Shown piece by piece: positions 29,176 through 39,016 of a stretch of 64,000 bases of DNA (position 1 is the stretch's first letter; each line of letters begins with the position of its first letter). A program made the position numbers and the translations under genes. Source of the DNA: an uncultured delta proteobacterium (GTDB taxonomy: Bacteria > Desulfobacterota > Binatia > DP-6); the NCBI GenBank assembly GCA_963811605.1, contig CAWESA010000013.1, positions 336,344 through 400,343 of the forward strand, read 5' to 3'. The notes beneath the pieces are model-generated. The model was not told the DNA's origin. It worked only from the letters and a program-made list of their open reading frames with translations, and did no database searches.

Positions 29176-30888
29176 ATGAGCCTGCCTCTCCTCGCCGGCA
29201 GCATGATCGCCGTGCTCCTGGCCGCGTACGCCGTCTACGGCCGGCTGGTGGCCGCCCAGTACCGTCTCGACGACCGGACGGTCACGCCGGCGGTGTCGAT
29301 GCGTGACGGACTCGACTACGAGCCCACGCCGCCCTTTTACCTCTTCGGACAGCACTTCAGCGCGATCGCCGCCGCCGGCCCGATCGTCGGCCCGATCGCG
29401 GCGTGCCTCCAGTTCGGCTGGCTACCGTGCCTGCTCTGGATCATGCTCGGCGGCATCTTCATCGGCGCGGTGCACGATTTCAGCGCGCTGGTCGCGAGCG
29501 TGCGTCACCAGGGCCGCTCGGTCGCCGAGATCGTCAAGGAGAACCTGAGCGCGCGGGCATGGGTGGCGCTCATGCTCTTCATCTGGCTGGCGCTCGTGTA
29601 CGTCATCGTCGCCTTCACCGACGTCACGGCCAGCACCTTCCTCGGGCGCATCGAGGAGCTCGACGGGGTACGCGTGTCGTTCGACGCCGGCGGCGCGGTC
29701 GCGTTCGCCAGCGCGGCGTACCTGCTGCTCGCGATCGTCATGGGCGTGTGGCAGCGGGCGGCCAATCCGCCACTGTGGCTGGTCACGCTCATCTTCGTCC
29801 CGGCGACGCTCGGCGTGGTCTGGCTCGGGACGGAGGTGTCGGGCGTGCTCGCGCTCGGCGGCCCGTCGGCCCAGAAGATCTGGGGCGTCGTGCTGCTCGC
29901 GTACTGCTTCGTGGCGTCGCTCCTGCCCGTCTGGTTGCTGCTGCAGCCGCGCGGCTACCTCGGCGGCTTCGTCCTCTATCTGGTGCTGGCGGCGGGAGTC
30001 CTGGGCGTGTTCTTCGGCGACTTCACGGTCGCCCAGCCCTCGTTCAGGGGCTTCGAGGCCGGCGGGCCCACCGGCGCGCTGTTCCCGTTCCTCTTCGTCA
30101 CCATCGCGTGCGGGGCATGCAGCGGATTCCACGGCCTCGTCTGTGGCGGCACGACGTCGAAGCAGATCCGCAGCGAGTCGGACTGCCGGCCCGTGGGCTA
30201 CGGCGCCATGCTGTGCGAGACCTTCGTCGCGATCATCGCGCTGGTGACGGTGATGATCGCCAGCCCCGCCACGCGCGCGCCCGCGGGCACGATCTACGGG
30301 CAAGGGATCGGCCAGTTCCTCACCGTCGCGCTGGGCCGCGAGCACCTCCTGTTCGCCACCGTGTTCGGCACGATGGCGTTCTCCACCTTCGTGTTCGACA
30401 CGCTCGACGTGGCCACCCGCCTCGGCCGCTACATCATCCAGGAGCTGTTCGACTGGCGCGGCCGGACGAGCGCGGCGCTGTCCACCCTCGCCACCGTGGG
30501 CCTGCCGTTGACGTTCGTGCTGGCGGCCGAGCCGCCGGCGCCGGGAAAGCCGCCCACGTACATGGCCTTCTGGACGCTCTTCGGCACCTCGAACCAGCTG
30601 CTGGCCGCCCTCACCCTCATCTCGGTGACGGTGTGGCTGAAGCGACAGGGACGCCCGAGCTGGTTCACCTGGGCGCCCATGGGCTTCGTGCTCGCCATCA
30701 CGGTCTGGGCCCTGGTTCTCCAGGCACACGGCGGTCTGACCGCGTTCCGCGAGGCCGGCGAGACCTTGCCGCTGGTCAATGCGTGCGTCGCGGTGGCCTT
30801 GCTCCTCCTGGCCGCCCTCGTGGTGCTCGAGGCGGTGCGCGCGATGACGCACCCGCGCGCGCAGCGGAGCGCGCCCCTGCGGGCGTAG
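29176..30888 (+). CDS. cstA: Carbon starvation protein A family transporter
   Basis: FGQHFSAIAAAGPIVGP, GAVHDF, LQPRGY, IACGACSGFH, FGTSNQLLA. Confidence 0.93.
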   Translation: MSLPLLAGSMIAVLLAAYAVYGRLVAAQYRLDDRTVTPAVSMRDGLDYEPTPPFYLFGQHFSAIAAAGPIVGPIAACLQFGWLPCLLWIMLGGIFIGAVHDFSALVASVRHQGRSVAEIVKENLSARAWVALMLFIWLALVYVIVAFTDVTASTFLGRIEELDGVRVSFDAGGAVAFASAAYLLLAIVMGVWQRAANPPLWLVTLIFVPATLGVVWLGTEVSGVLALGGPSAQKIWGVVLLAYCFVASLLPVWLLLQPRGYLGGFVLYLVLAAGVLGVFFGDFTVAQPSFRGFEAGGPTGALFPFLFVTIACGACSGFHGLVCGGTTSKQIRSESDCRPVGYGAMLCETFVAIIALVTVMIASPATRAPAGTIYGQGIGQFLTVALGREHLLFATVFGTMAFSTFVFDTLDVATRLGRYIIQELFDWRGRTSAALSTLATVGLPLTFVLAAEPPAPGKPPTYMAFWTLFGTSNQLLAALTLISVTVWLKRQGRPSWFTWAPMGFVLAITVWALVLQAHGGLTAFREAGETLPLVNACVAVALLLLAALVVLEAVRAMTHPRAQRSAPLRA

Positions 30889-30962
30889 GGCAGGGCGCCG
30901 GGGCGGCGGGCCCCTTGTCGGATCCGCCCATGCGGCTAGGGTGTGACCCCGGGAGCGATCGC

Positions 30963-31913
30963 ATGGTGTTTCAGATGGCCGAGGGCGAGTCCGTCCAGGA
31001 CGCGATCCGCCGGATCGCACGCGAGCAGATCGATGCGGCGATCGAGGAGACGTCCCGGCGCCAGCTCGCGCAGCCGACGCGCATCCACCAGGTGCGCAAG
31101 CGCTGCAAGAAGCTGCGGGCCGTGCTGCGCCTGGTGCGGCCGCACCTCGGCGATCGCTACGCGCACGACGACGAGTACGTGCGCGACGCCGCCCGCTTGC
31201 TGTCACCGCTGCGAGACGCGCAGTCCGTCCTCGACGCGTACGACGGCGTGCTGGATCGCTTCCAGGGCGACGTCGCGCGGCGGACGTTCGCGCCCGTCCG
31301 GCGCCAGCTCGCGCAGCGCAAGAGCCGGCGCACCCGCGACACGGCCGATCTGGGAGAGCGGCTGGAGCGGGTTCGCGGTCTGCTGGACGGCGCGCGCGAG
31401 CTGGTCGACGGCTGGTCGATCGACGGCGACGGCGCCGAGGCCTGGCGTGGCGGCTTCGAGCACACCTACCGGCAGGCCAGGCGGGCGATGGCGCCGGCGT
31501 ACCGGAGCCCGAGCCCGGAGCACTTTCACGACTGGCGCAAGCACACCAAGTACCACTGGTACCATGCCCGGCTGCTGCGCCCGCTGTGGGACCGGGGCCT
31601 CACCGCACGCGCCCGCGAGGCCGAGACGCTCGGCGAGATGCTGGGCGATCACCACGATCTGGCGGTGCTGCGCGCCACCCTGGTGCACGAGGCGCGCGAC
31701 CTGGGCGGGCGGCGCGTCGTCGACCCGCTACTCGTGCTCATCGACCGACGCCGGGTGGAGCTGGAAACGGATGCGAAGCCGCTCGGTGAGCGCCTGTTCG
31801 CGGAGAAGCCACGGCAGATCACCCGCCGCCACGTCCGCTACTGGAACGCGTGGCAGGCGGAGCAACGCTCCCTGCACGCGATGCGCGACGAGCCCGTCGC
31901 CGCGTCGGCCTGA
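30963..31913 (+). CDS. CHAD domain protein
   Basis: IHQVRKRCKKLRA, RD, FHDWRKHTK, LGDHHDL. Confidence 0.9.
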   Translation: MVFQMAEGESVQDAIRRIAREQIDAAIEETSRRQLAQPTRIHQVRKRCKKLRAVLRLVRPHLGDRYAHDDEYVRDAARLLSPLRDAQSVLDAYDGVLDRFQGDVARRTFAPVRRQLAQRKSRRTRDTADLGERLERVRGLLDGARELVDGWSIDGDGAEAWRGGFEHTYRQARRAMAPAYRSPSPEHFHDWRKHTKYHWYHARLLRPLWDRGLTARAREAETLGEMLGDHHDLAVLRATLVHEARDLGGRRVVDPLLVLIDRRRVELETDAKPLGERLFAEKPRQITRRHVRYWNAWQAEQRSLHAMRDEPVAASA

Positions 31914-31927
31914 CGCGGGGTATCCGC

Positions 31928-32686
31928 GTGGCGCCAGGCTCACCCGGGCGGCTGGTGATTCTCGCCGGGCCGTCCTGCGTCGGGAAGAGCCCGCTGGCCA
32001 AGGCGCTGGCGCGCTTCCATCCCGAGCTGTCGCGGCGATTGCAGCCCGTCGTCCTCTACAACGCGCGCACGCCCCGCCCCGGCGAGGCGGACGGCGTCGA
32101 CTACCACTTCCGCGCCCGCCACGAGATCGAGGCGCTCGGTCGCGAGCGCGATCGCTACGTCGTCATGGACGTGCGCGGCGACCTGCAGGCCCTCGACCTG
32201 CGCGAGCTCGAGACGCTGCTCGGGAAGGGCGACGCGCTCTTCGAGGGCAACCCGTTCGTCGGCGAGACGCTGTTGACGCACGAGCGTCTCGCCGCCGTGC
32301 GACGGCTCGGCATGTTCGTCACGCCGCTGACCCGCGCCGAGATCGAGTTCCTCCGCCGCCAGGGCGGCGTCTCGCTGCCCGACCTCGTGGCCGACGTGAT
32401 GCGGCGCAAGCTGCTCCGCAGGACGGCGCGACAGAAGGGGATGCTCTCGCTGCCGGATCTCGAGAACATCGAGCGCCGCTGTGGCAGCGCCCACGGCGAG
32501 CTTCGCCTCGCGCATCGCTTCGAGCACGTCATCCCGAACCACGACGGCGAGGACAGCGAGCACTGGGACGCCTTCCACTACCCGCTGGGCGACGCGCGGC
32601 GGGCGTTGCTGGCCGTCGTGGCCTTGCTCGAAGGCAGCGCTGCCGAGGGCGTGGAGCGCTGGGATGCCGGGGTGATCCCCGACTAG
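31928..32686 (+). CDS. Guanylate-kinase-like P-loop protein
   Basis: GPSCVGKS and RTPRPGEADGVDYHF; remainder divergent. Confidence 0.8.
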   Translation: MAPGSPGRLVILAGPSCVGKSPLAKALARFHPELSRRLQPVVLYNARTPRPGEADGVDYHFRARHEIEALGRERDRYVVMDVRGDLQALDLRELETLLGKGDALFEGNPFVGETLLTHERLAAVRRLGMFVTPLTRAEIEFLRRQGGVSLPDLVADVMRRKLLRRTARQKGMLSLPDLENIERRCGSAHGELRLAHRFEHVIPNHDGEDSEHWDAFHYPLGDARRALLAVVALLEGSAAEGVERWDAGVIPD

Positions 32687-33511
32687 TCAGCTCCCGATAC
32701 GCGGGAAGCGCGGCGGACGCTTCTGCAGGAACGACACCACGCCCTCCTTGAAATCGGGACGGCCGAAGCTCTCGAGCATGAGCCGCACGGCCTCCTGCTC
32801 CGCCGCGTCGAGATCGGCGGTCCAGTGCTGCCACACCTGCCGCTTCATGATCGCCATCGATGCGGGCGAGCAGTTGGCGGCCAGGTCCTCCACGTACGCA
32901 CCCACGAACGGCAGGAGCTCGTCGTGCGGCAGGACGCGGTTCACGAGCCCGATGCGGGCGGCCTCCTCGGCGTCGATGCGACGCGAGGAGAGCAGCAGGT
33001 CGAGCGCATGCGCGGTGCCGACGAGGCGAGGCAGCAGCCAGCTCACCCCCCACTCCGCGACCAGCCCGCGGCGCGAGAACGCCGTGGTGAAGCTGGCGCG
33101 ATCGGAGGCGAAGCGCAGGTCGCACGCGAGGACGATGGGCACCGCCATGCCGGCGACGGGTCCGTTGATGGCGGCGATGACCGGCTTCCGGAGCGAGGCG
33201 ATGTAGGTGTAGCTGCCGCGGAACGACGCCATGGCCGCGTCTCCGGGATCGGCAGCCAGCTCCGGCGGCGCCGCCGCCTGCCGGCCGCCCTCGGTGATCG
33301 TCTTCAGGTCGTTCAGATCGGCGCCCGCGCAGAAGCCGCGGCCGGCGCCCGTGATCACGACGCCGACCACGCGAGCGTCCGCCTCGGCGGCGGCGAGCGC
33401 GTGGCGCACCTCCGCGCCCATGCGCGTCGTCCACGCGTTCAGCGCATGCGGACGGTTGAGCGTGATGGTCGAAACGGGCTCGGCGACCTCGTACACGATC
33501 TCCTGATACAT
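32687..33511 (-). CDS. Enoyl-CoA hydratase/isomerase family protein
   Basis: ITLNRP, FCAGAD, KPVIAAINGP, DFKEGVVSF. Confidence 0.92.
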   Translation of the reverse strand: MYQEIVYEVAEPVSTITLNRPHALNAWTTRMGAEVRHALAAAEADARVVGVVITGAGRGFCAGADLNDLKTITEGGRQAAAPPELAADPGDAAMASFRGSYTYIASLRKPVIAAINGPVAGMAVPIVLACDLRFASDRASFTTAFSRRGLVAEWGVSWLLPRLVGTAHALDLLLSSRRIDAEEAARIGLVNRVLPHDELLPFVGAYVEDLAANCSPASMAIMKRQVWQHWTADLDAAEQEAVRLMLESFGRPDFKEGVVSFLQKRPPRFPRIGS

Positions 33512-33595
33512 CCCGGCTCCTTCCGCCGGAGGTTGCATGTCCCACGGGCTGCCCATATGAGGGAGCCTCAACCTCCGTTGCCGACCCATTAGCGC

Positions 33596-34474
33596 ATGCA
33601 CCTGGAAACGCTCAAGGTGTTCTGTGACGTGGTCGAGACCCGGAGCTTCTCCGCCGCGGCCTCGCAGAACTTCGTCACCCAGTCCGCCGTCAGCCAGCAG
33701 GTTCGCATGCTGGAAGACCGCTGGGGCCGCCGGCTGCTGGAGCGAACGCGCGGGAACGTCCAGCTGACCCCGGCGGGTGAGGTCCTCTACCAGGCCAGCA
33801 AGGAGATCGTGCAGCGCTTCCAGGAGATGGAGACCCAGCTCCAGGAGGCGTCCAACGTCGTGAGCGGCACCGTGCGCGTCGCCACCGTGCACTCCATCGG
33901 CCTCTACGAGCTGTCCGCATCGCTCAAGCGGTACCTGAAGGCGTTCCCGCAGGTGCAGCTCCACCTGGAGTACAGCCGCTCGAGCAAGATCTACGAGGAC
34001 GCCGTGCGCGGGCACATCGACCTCGGCGTGGTGGCGTACCCGGGTCGCCGCGCCGGCATCACCGTCATCCCGTTCCGACAAGACCGCCTGGTGCTGGTCG
34101 TTCCGCCCGGCCACCCGCTCGCGCGACAGCGCTCGGTGGCGGTGCGCAAGCTGTCGAACGAGCCGCTGGTAGGGTATGAGCGCGACATCCCGACGCGCAA
34201 GGAGACCGATCGCTTTCTGCGCCGCCATGGCGCAGAGGTGCGCTACGTGATGGAGCTGGACAACGTGGAGACCATCAAGCGGGTGGTCGAGATCGGGCAC
34301 GGCATCGCCATCCTGCCCGAGGCGGCCGTGCGGCCCGAGGTGAAGCAGAAGTCGCTCGTCGCCGTGCAGCTGGCAGACGAGACGTTGCTCCGCCCGCTCG
34401 GCATCATCCATCGCCAGGGCAAGCACTTCTCGCCGGCGGCCGAGAAGTTCATCGAGTATCTCCGGACGGAATGA
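33596..34474 (+). CDS. LysR family transcriptional regulator
   Basis: SFSAAA..TQSAVSQQVRMLE HTH; substrate-binding domain. Confidence 0.95.
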   Translation: MHLETLKVFCDVVETRSFSAAASQNFVTQSAVSQQVRMLEDRWGRRLLERTRGNVQLTPAGEVLYQASKEIVQRFQEMETQLQEASNVVSGTVRVATVHSIGLYELSASLKRYLKAFPQVQLHLEYSRSSKIYEDAVRGHIDLGVVAYPGRRAGITVIPFRQDRLVLVVPPGHPLARQRSVAVRKLSNEPLVGYERDIPTRKETDRFLRRHGAEVRYVMELDNVETIKRVVEIGHGIAILPEAAVRPEVKQKSLVAVQLADETLLRPLGIIHRQGKHFSPAAEKFIEYLRTE

Positions 34475-35601
34475 CGACGCCTCTTCGCGCGGCAACCTGC
34501 CTGCTGCTGCTCGCCGCCATCGGCTGCGGCGGCCGCGCGCGCGTGTCGCGTCCGGAGGACTCGTCGCCGGCGGCATGTGTCCGCCTGCAGGGTGAGCGCC
34601 AGGTCCGTGGCGAGACGCTCTGCGAGGACGTGTTCTCGTGCTTCCGTCCGCCGGGCGGGGTGGTGGATCGCATCGGCCTGCGTCGGGTGGCCCCGTGCGG
34701 CGGCGGCAGCGGGCCGGTGGTCCTGTATCTCCCCGGCATGCACATGAACGGCGAGGTCGCGAACAACAGCGCGAACCAGGACCTTCGCCTCTACCTGGCA
34801 CAGGCGGGCATCCGCACCTGGAGCCTGGACTACCGCACGCACGCGGTACGCGCGGAGGCGACGCAGGAGGAGCTACAGACCCTCGCCGGATGGAACCGGG
34901 AGCGCTTCCTGGACGACGCCGAATGGGCCACCACGTTCGTGCGCAGCACCGATCCCGGGCCGCTCTACCTGATCGGCTTCAGCTTCGGCGCCAGCATGGC
35001 ATACGGGATCGCGGCGCGCAGCGACCAGCCGCTGATGGGCCTCGTGATCCTCGACGGCGTCCCCGCGGGCGGTGCCACCGGCGAGGCGAGCAGCAGCTCC
35101 GCGATCGACGTCGGCGGCGGCCGGCTCTCCTACGCGGATCGCGAACGCCTGCTGCAGGCCGTGATGAAGAACCCCAGCGGCCCGTCGCCCGTGGGCGGCG
35201 GCGCGACGGCGGGAGGCGCGCTCGCCGAGATCGTCTACACCTCGCCCGCGTTCGGCGGACAGGGCGGCCTCAGCGCAGCGCGCAACGGCGTCACCGAGAC
35301 GCGGGTCCTCGCCCGCCTCCTCGACAGCTACGACCGCTGGTGGCCGCGCGCCGCGCTCGAAGGATCCGCCCCGGGCAGCACACGCCACAAGCTCCGCGTC
35401 CTCGCGATCGCATCCGGCAACAGGGGACCGGAATGGGTCCAGCGGGTGAAGAGCGGCGCGGAGGGGTTCGGCGGCGACAAGACCCAGTTCCGCGAGCTGC
35501 CTCTCCACGGCCACCTCGACGTCCTCATCGGGCGTCTGGCGCCGTCGGAGGTCTACGAGCCGACGCGCCAGTTCCTGGTGAGCGGGCCGCCCGGCGGTTG
35601 A
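34471..35601 (+). CDS. Alpha/beta hydrolase lipoprotein
   Basis: Lipobox AAIGC; YLPG, GFSFG, HGHLD. Confidence 0.8.
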   Translation: MTTPLRAATCLLLLAAIGCGGRARVSRPEDSSPAACVRLQGERQVRGETLCEDVFSCFRPPGGVVDRIGLRRVAPCGGGSGPVVLYLPGMHMNGEVANNSANQDLRLYLAQAGIRTWSLDYRTHAVRAEATQEELQTLAGWNRERFLDDAEWATTFVRSTDPGPLYLIGFSFGASMAYGIAARSDQPLMGLVILDGVPAGGATGEASSSSAIDVGGGRLSYADRERLLQAVMKNPSGPSPVGGGATAGGALAEIVYTSPAFGGQGGLSAARNGVTETRVLARLLDSYDRWWPRAALEGSAPGSTRHKLRVLAIASGNRGPEWVQRVKSGAEGFGGDKTQFRELPLHGHLDVLIGRLAPSEVYEPTRQFLVSGPPGG

Positions 35602-35636
35602 TTGACGGGAGGGACGTCGGCACGATACCCGGCGTC

Positions 35637-36719
35637 ATGCGCAAGCGGCGTGTCGCAGTCGTCGGAGCCACCGGTATCGCCGGACAGGAGGCCCTGGTCG
35701 CCCTGGCCGGTCATCCCTGGTTCGAGATCACGACCATCGCGGCCTCCGCGCGCACCGCCGGCAAGCCGTACCGCGACGCCATCCGCGACAAGAGCGGTGC
35801 CCGCCAGTGGTGGTGTCGCGAGGAGCCGTCCGAGGCGGTGCTGGATCTGGTCGTGGAGGACGCCGCGCGGCTCGATCCCGGGTCGGTCGACCTGGTGTTC
35901 TCGCTCATCGAGGCCGACGCCGCGCGCGAGCTCGAGCCGCGCTTCGCACGCGCCGTTCCGACCCTGAGCAGCGCCTCGGCGTTTCGCTACGAGCCCGACG
36001 TCCCCATCCTGGTGCCCGGGGTCAACATGATCTCGCACCTCCCGCTCATCGAGCACCAGCGCAAGCAACGCGGCTGGTCGGGCTACGTGCTGCCGCAATC
36101 GAACTGCACGGTCGTCGGCCTGGTCGTGTCGCTCAAGCCGTTGCTCGACACGTTCGGGATCCGCCGCGTTCTCCTCACGACGATGCAGGGCATGTCGGGC
36201 GCCGGAAGGGCCGGGGGCGTCCTCGGGCTGGACATGATCGACAACCTGGTCCCGTACATCCCGAAGGAGGAGGAGAAGGTCGCCTCCGAGGCGGGAAAGA
36301 TCCTGGGCAGGCTGGTCGAGGGCGGCGTCGAGCCGCATCCCGCCCCGGTCGGTGCCACCTGCACGCGTGCCGCCGTCATCGACGGGCACACGGCGGCGGT
36401 GGCGGTGGAGACCGAGCGCGCCTGCGATCCCGCCGCCGCGGCGGAGGTCATGCGCGCGTTCCGCGGCGACTACGGCGGGCTCGATCTGCCGAGCGCGCCG
36501 CGCACCCCCATCGTCGTGCACGACGATCCGTATCGCCCGCAGCCGCGGCTCGACCGCGACGCGGAGGGTGGCATGGCGACCAGCGTCGGGCGGCTGCGTC
36601 CGGAGCCGGCGCTGCCGAACGGCCTCAAGTACGTGGCGCTGTCGCACAACACGCGCCTGGGCGCGGCCAAGGGGCTGGTGCTGGTGGGCGAGTATCTGGC
36701 GCACGCGGGACTGCTGTAG
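35637..36719 (+). CDS. asd: Aspartate-semialdehyde dehydrogenase
   Basis: GATGIAGQ, SNCT, QGMSGAG, YIPKEEEK, GHT, SHNTRLGAA. Confidence 0.93.
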   Translation: MRKRRVAVVGATGIAGQEALVALAGHPWFEITTIAASARTAGKPYRDAIRDKSGARQWWCREEPSEAVLDLVVEDAARLDPGSVDLVFSLIEADAARELEPRFARAVPTLSSASAFRYEPDVPILVPGVNMISHLPLIEHQRKQRGWSGYVLPQSNCTVVGLVVSLKPLLDTFGIRRVLLTTMQGMSGAGRAGGVLGLDMIDNLVPYIPKEEEKVASEAGKILGRLVEGGVEPHPAPVGATCTRAAVIDGHTAAVAVETERACDPAAAAEVMRAFRGDYGGLDLPSAPRTPIVVHDDPYRPQPRLDRDAEGGMATSVGRLRPEPALPNGLKYVALSHNTRLGAAKGLVLVGEYLAHAGLL

Positions 36720-36725
36720 CGCACG

Positions 36726-37526
36726 TCAGGGCTTCTCGAAGGCGAGCACGAAGCGGTCGCTGGTGCCCCGGCGCTCGCCGGCGGCGCGCGGCGAGTCGTT
36801 CCAGTCGCGCGCGTCGGCGGGATTGCGCAGGAAGTCCGCCGTGCGGACGAGCTTGAATCCGGCCTGCTCGACGTCGTCGCGCACCGTCTGCTCCTCGATG
36901 CGGTGGAGCGTCTGGACCCCGGAGGAGCCGGTGCCCGGCCGGCCGCTGTGATCGACGACGATGTAGAGGCCGCCCGGGCGCAGGTGCTCGTACACGGCGC
37001 GGTTCATGCGACCGCGATCGGCGCCCATCCAGTAGGTGTCGTGATAGAAGAGCACGATCATGACCGCATCGAGGTCGCGCGCCTCCGGCGGCAGCGGATC
37101 GTCGAAGTCGCGATCGACCCGTACGACGTTGCGCATCGTGGGCCGGGTCAGCCGCTCGCTCCAGGGCTTCTCCGCGAAGCGGTCGAGGATGAACCGGCTG
37201 TTCTGACCGTAGACCGTGCCCTTCGGACCGACGGCACGAGCCAGCAGCTCCGTCGTGTAGCCCCCGGCGGCGCCCAGCTCGGCGACCTTCATGCCGGGGC
37301 GGATGCCCGCGAACGCGAGCAGATCGGCCGGCTTGCGCCCCGCGTCCAGCGCCCGGTCGTCCGCCGCCCGGTCGGGCGCCGCGACGATGGCCGAGTACGC
37401 GCTCGGCGCGGTGGCGGGCGTCGGTCCCGGGTGCGAGGCCGCGCTCGCCAGCGTCGCGGCCAGCAGCATGGCGCCGGCTACCACGCGGACCGGCACGGCA
37501 GGGAGGCCGGTCGGGGGTCGCCGCAT
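36726..37526 (-). CDS. Exported SAM-dependent methyltransferase (COG4798-like)
   Basis: Signal peptide; D.GRKP, ELGAAGGYTT, YHD, VVDH, DRFVLAF. Confidence 0.85.
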   Translation of the reverse strand: MRRPPTGLPAVPVRVVAGAMLLAATLASAASHPGPTPATAPSAYSAIVAAPDRAADDRALDAGRKPADLLAFAGIRPGMKVAELGAAGGYTTELLARAVGPKGTVYGQNSRFILDRFAEKPWSERLTRPTMRNVVRVDRDFDDPLPPEARDLDAVMIVLFYHDTYWMGADRGRMNRAVYEHLRPGGLYIVVDHSGRPGTGSSGVQTLHRIEEQTVRDDVEQAGFKLVRTADFLRNPADARDWNDSPRAAGERRGTSDRFVLAFEKP

Positions 37527-37682
37527 GCGCGCACGCTAGCCGCGTCCCGGAAACCACGCAACCGCGCGCGCCATCGGCGCAGCGTCCGCCGCCTTGGAAC
37601 GGTGCGGCCGGCCGCGCCGGCAGCGCTCGGGAGAGGAATCGCCGCCGGTGACACGTGCCCGCGACTGTGGCATCCGGAAGAC

Positions 37683-38135
37683 ATGGCGCAGATCGCGATC
37701 CGGTGCTGTGCCGCCGCCGACCGCGACGAGGTCCTTTCGCTCCTCGCCGCGCAGCTTCGCGAGCACGACAGCACGCTTCCCGACACCAGCATCTCCGCCG
37801 CCCTCGACGGCATGCTCGAGCGCCCCGACCGCGGCGCCGTGCTGGTCGCACAGCTCGACGGCCGCATCGTCGGCGTCGCGGCGCTCTCCACCATGTGGAC
37901 CCTCGAGCACGGCGGCCAGGCCATCTGGCTCGACGAGCTGTACGTCGAGCCTGCGCATCGCGGGCAGGGCGTCGGCGCCGCGCTCCTCGCCGCCGCCTAT
38001 GATACGGCCCGTGAGTACGGCTCGCTGACGGTCGATCTCGAGGTGGCGGCAGGCCACGAGCGGGCCAGCGGCCTGTACGAGCGCCAGGGGTTCGAGCGCC
38101 TACCGCGCACGCGGTGGCTCCGGCGCCTGCGGTAG
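37683..38135 (+). CDS. GNAT N-acetyltransferase
   Basis: LDELYVEPAHRGQGVG, LYERQGF. Confidence 0.9.
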   Translation: MAQIAIRCCAAADRDEVLSLLAAQLREHDSTLPDTSISAALDGMLERPDRGAVLVAQLDGRIVGVAALSTMWTLEHGGQAIWLDELYVEPAHRGQGVGAALLAAAYDTAREYGSLTVDLEVAAGHERASGLYERQGFERLPRTRWLRRLR

Positions 38136-38148
38136 TTCGCCGGAACGA

Positions 38149-38988
38149 TCAGGGCGAGAGGCCCCTCGCCATGGCTTCGAGCCGCGCCACGCGTTCTTCC
38201 GTGGACGGGTGGGTCGAGAACAGTCGCGCCATGCCGCCGCGGAACGCGGCCAGCGGATCGACCTGGGCGAGGGGCGCCACCGCGGGCGGGATCTGCATGG
38301 GGATGCGATGCGCCGCGGCGTCGAGCTTGCGCAACGCGCTCGCCAGCGCCAGCGGCGTGCCGGACAGCTCGGCGCCCACGCGATCGGCCGCGAACTCGCG
38401 CTGCCGGCTGATCGCGAGCTGGATGAGCATCGCCGCGAAGGGAGCCAGCATCACCATCAGCGGATTGATGGCTGGACGGCCGTCGTCGTCGCGTCCGCCG
38501 CCGAACATCGCGAAGCGCGAGAGGAAGCCGATCGCTCCCGCCATGCTGGCCGTGAAGGTCTGCAGCAGCATGTCGGGGTTCTTCACGTGCCCCAGCTCGT
38601 GACCGAGCACGCCGGCGATCTCCTGGCGATCGACCAGATCGAGGATGCCCTGGGTGACGCACACGACGGCGTTGGACGGACTGCGGCCGGTCGCGAACGC
38701 GTTGGGCTGCTGGTGCGGCGCGATCGCGAGCGTCGGCATCGGGAGGCCGGCACGGTGACGGAGCTGGTCGACGATGGCGTGCAGCTCGGGCGCCTCCTCG
38801 GTCGCCACGATGCGGGCGCCATACGCGCGCAGCACCATCGACGCAGAGTTGAAGTACATGAAGACGTTGGACGCCGCGGCCAGCACGAGCGCCATGACGG
38901 CGCCCTGCGTGCCACCGACGGCGCCGCCGATGACCACGAAGAGCGCGGTCAGCCCGGCCATGAGGACGAACACCTTGACGTCGTTCAT
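38149..38988 (-). CDS. htpX: Zinc metalloprotease HtpX
   Basis: PNAFATGR, HELGH, SRQREFAAD, FSTHP. Confidence 0.93.
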   Translation of the reverse strand: MNDVKVFVLMAGLTALFVVIGGAVGGTQGAVMALVLAAASNVFMYFNSASMVLRAYGARIVATEEAPELHAIVDQLRHRAGLPMPTLAIAPHQQPNAFATGRSPSNAVVCVTQGILDLVDRQEIAGVLGHELGHVKNPDMLLQTFTASMAGAIGFLSRFAMFGGGRDDDGRPAINPLMVMLAPFAAMLIQLAISRQREFAADRVGAELSGTPLALASALRKLDAAAHRIPMQIPPAVAPLAQVDPLAAFRGGMARLFSTHPSTEERVARLEAMARGLSP

Positions 38989-39016
38989 GGGCTGGCCTCC
39001 TCGAGCGCAGCCGCCA

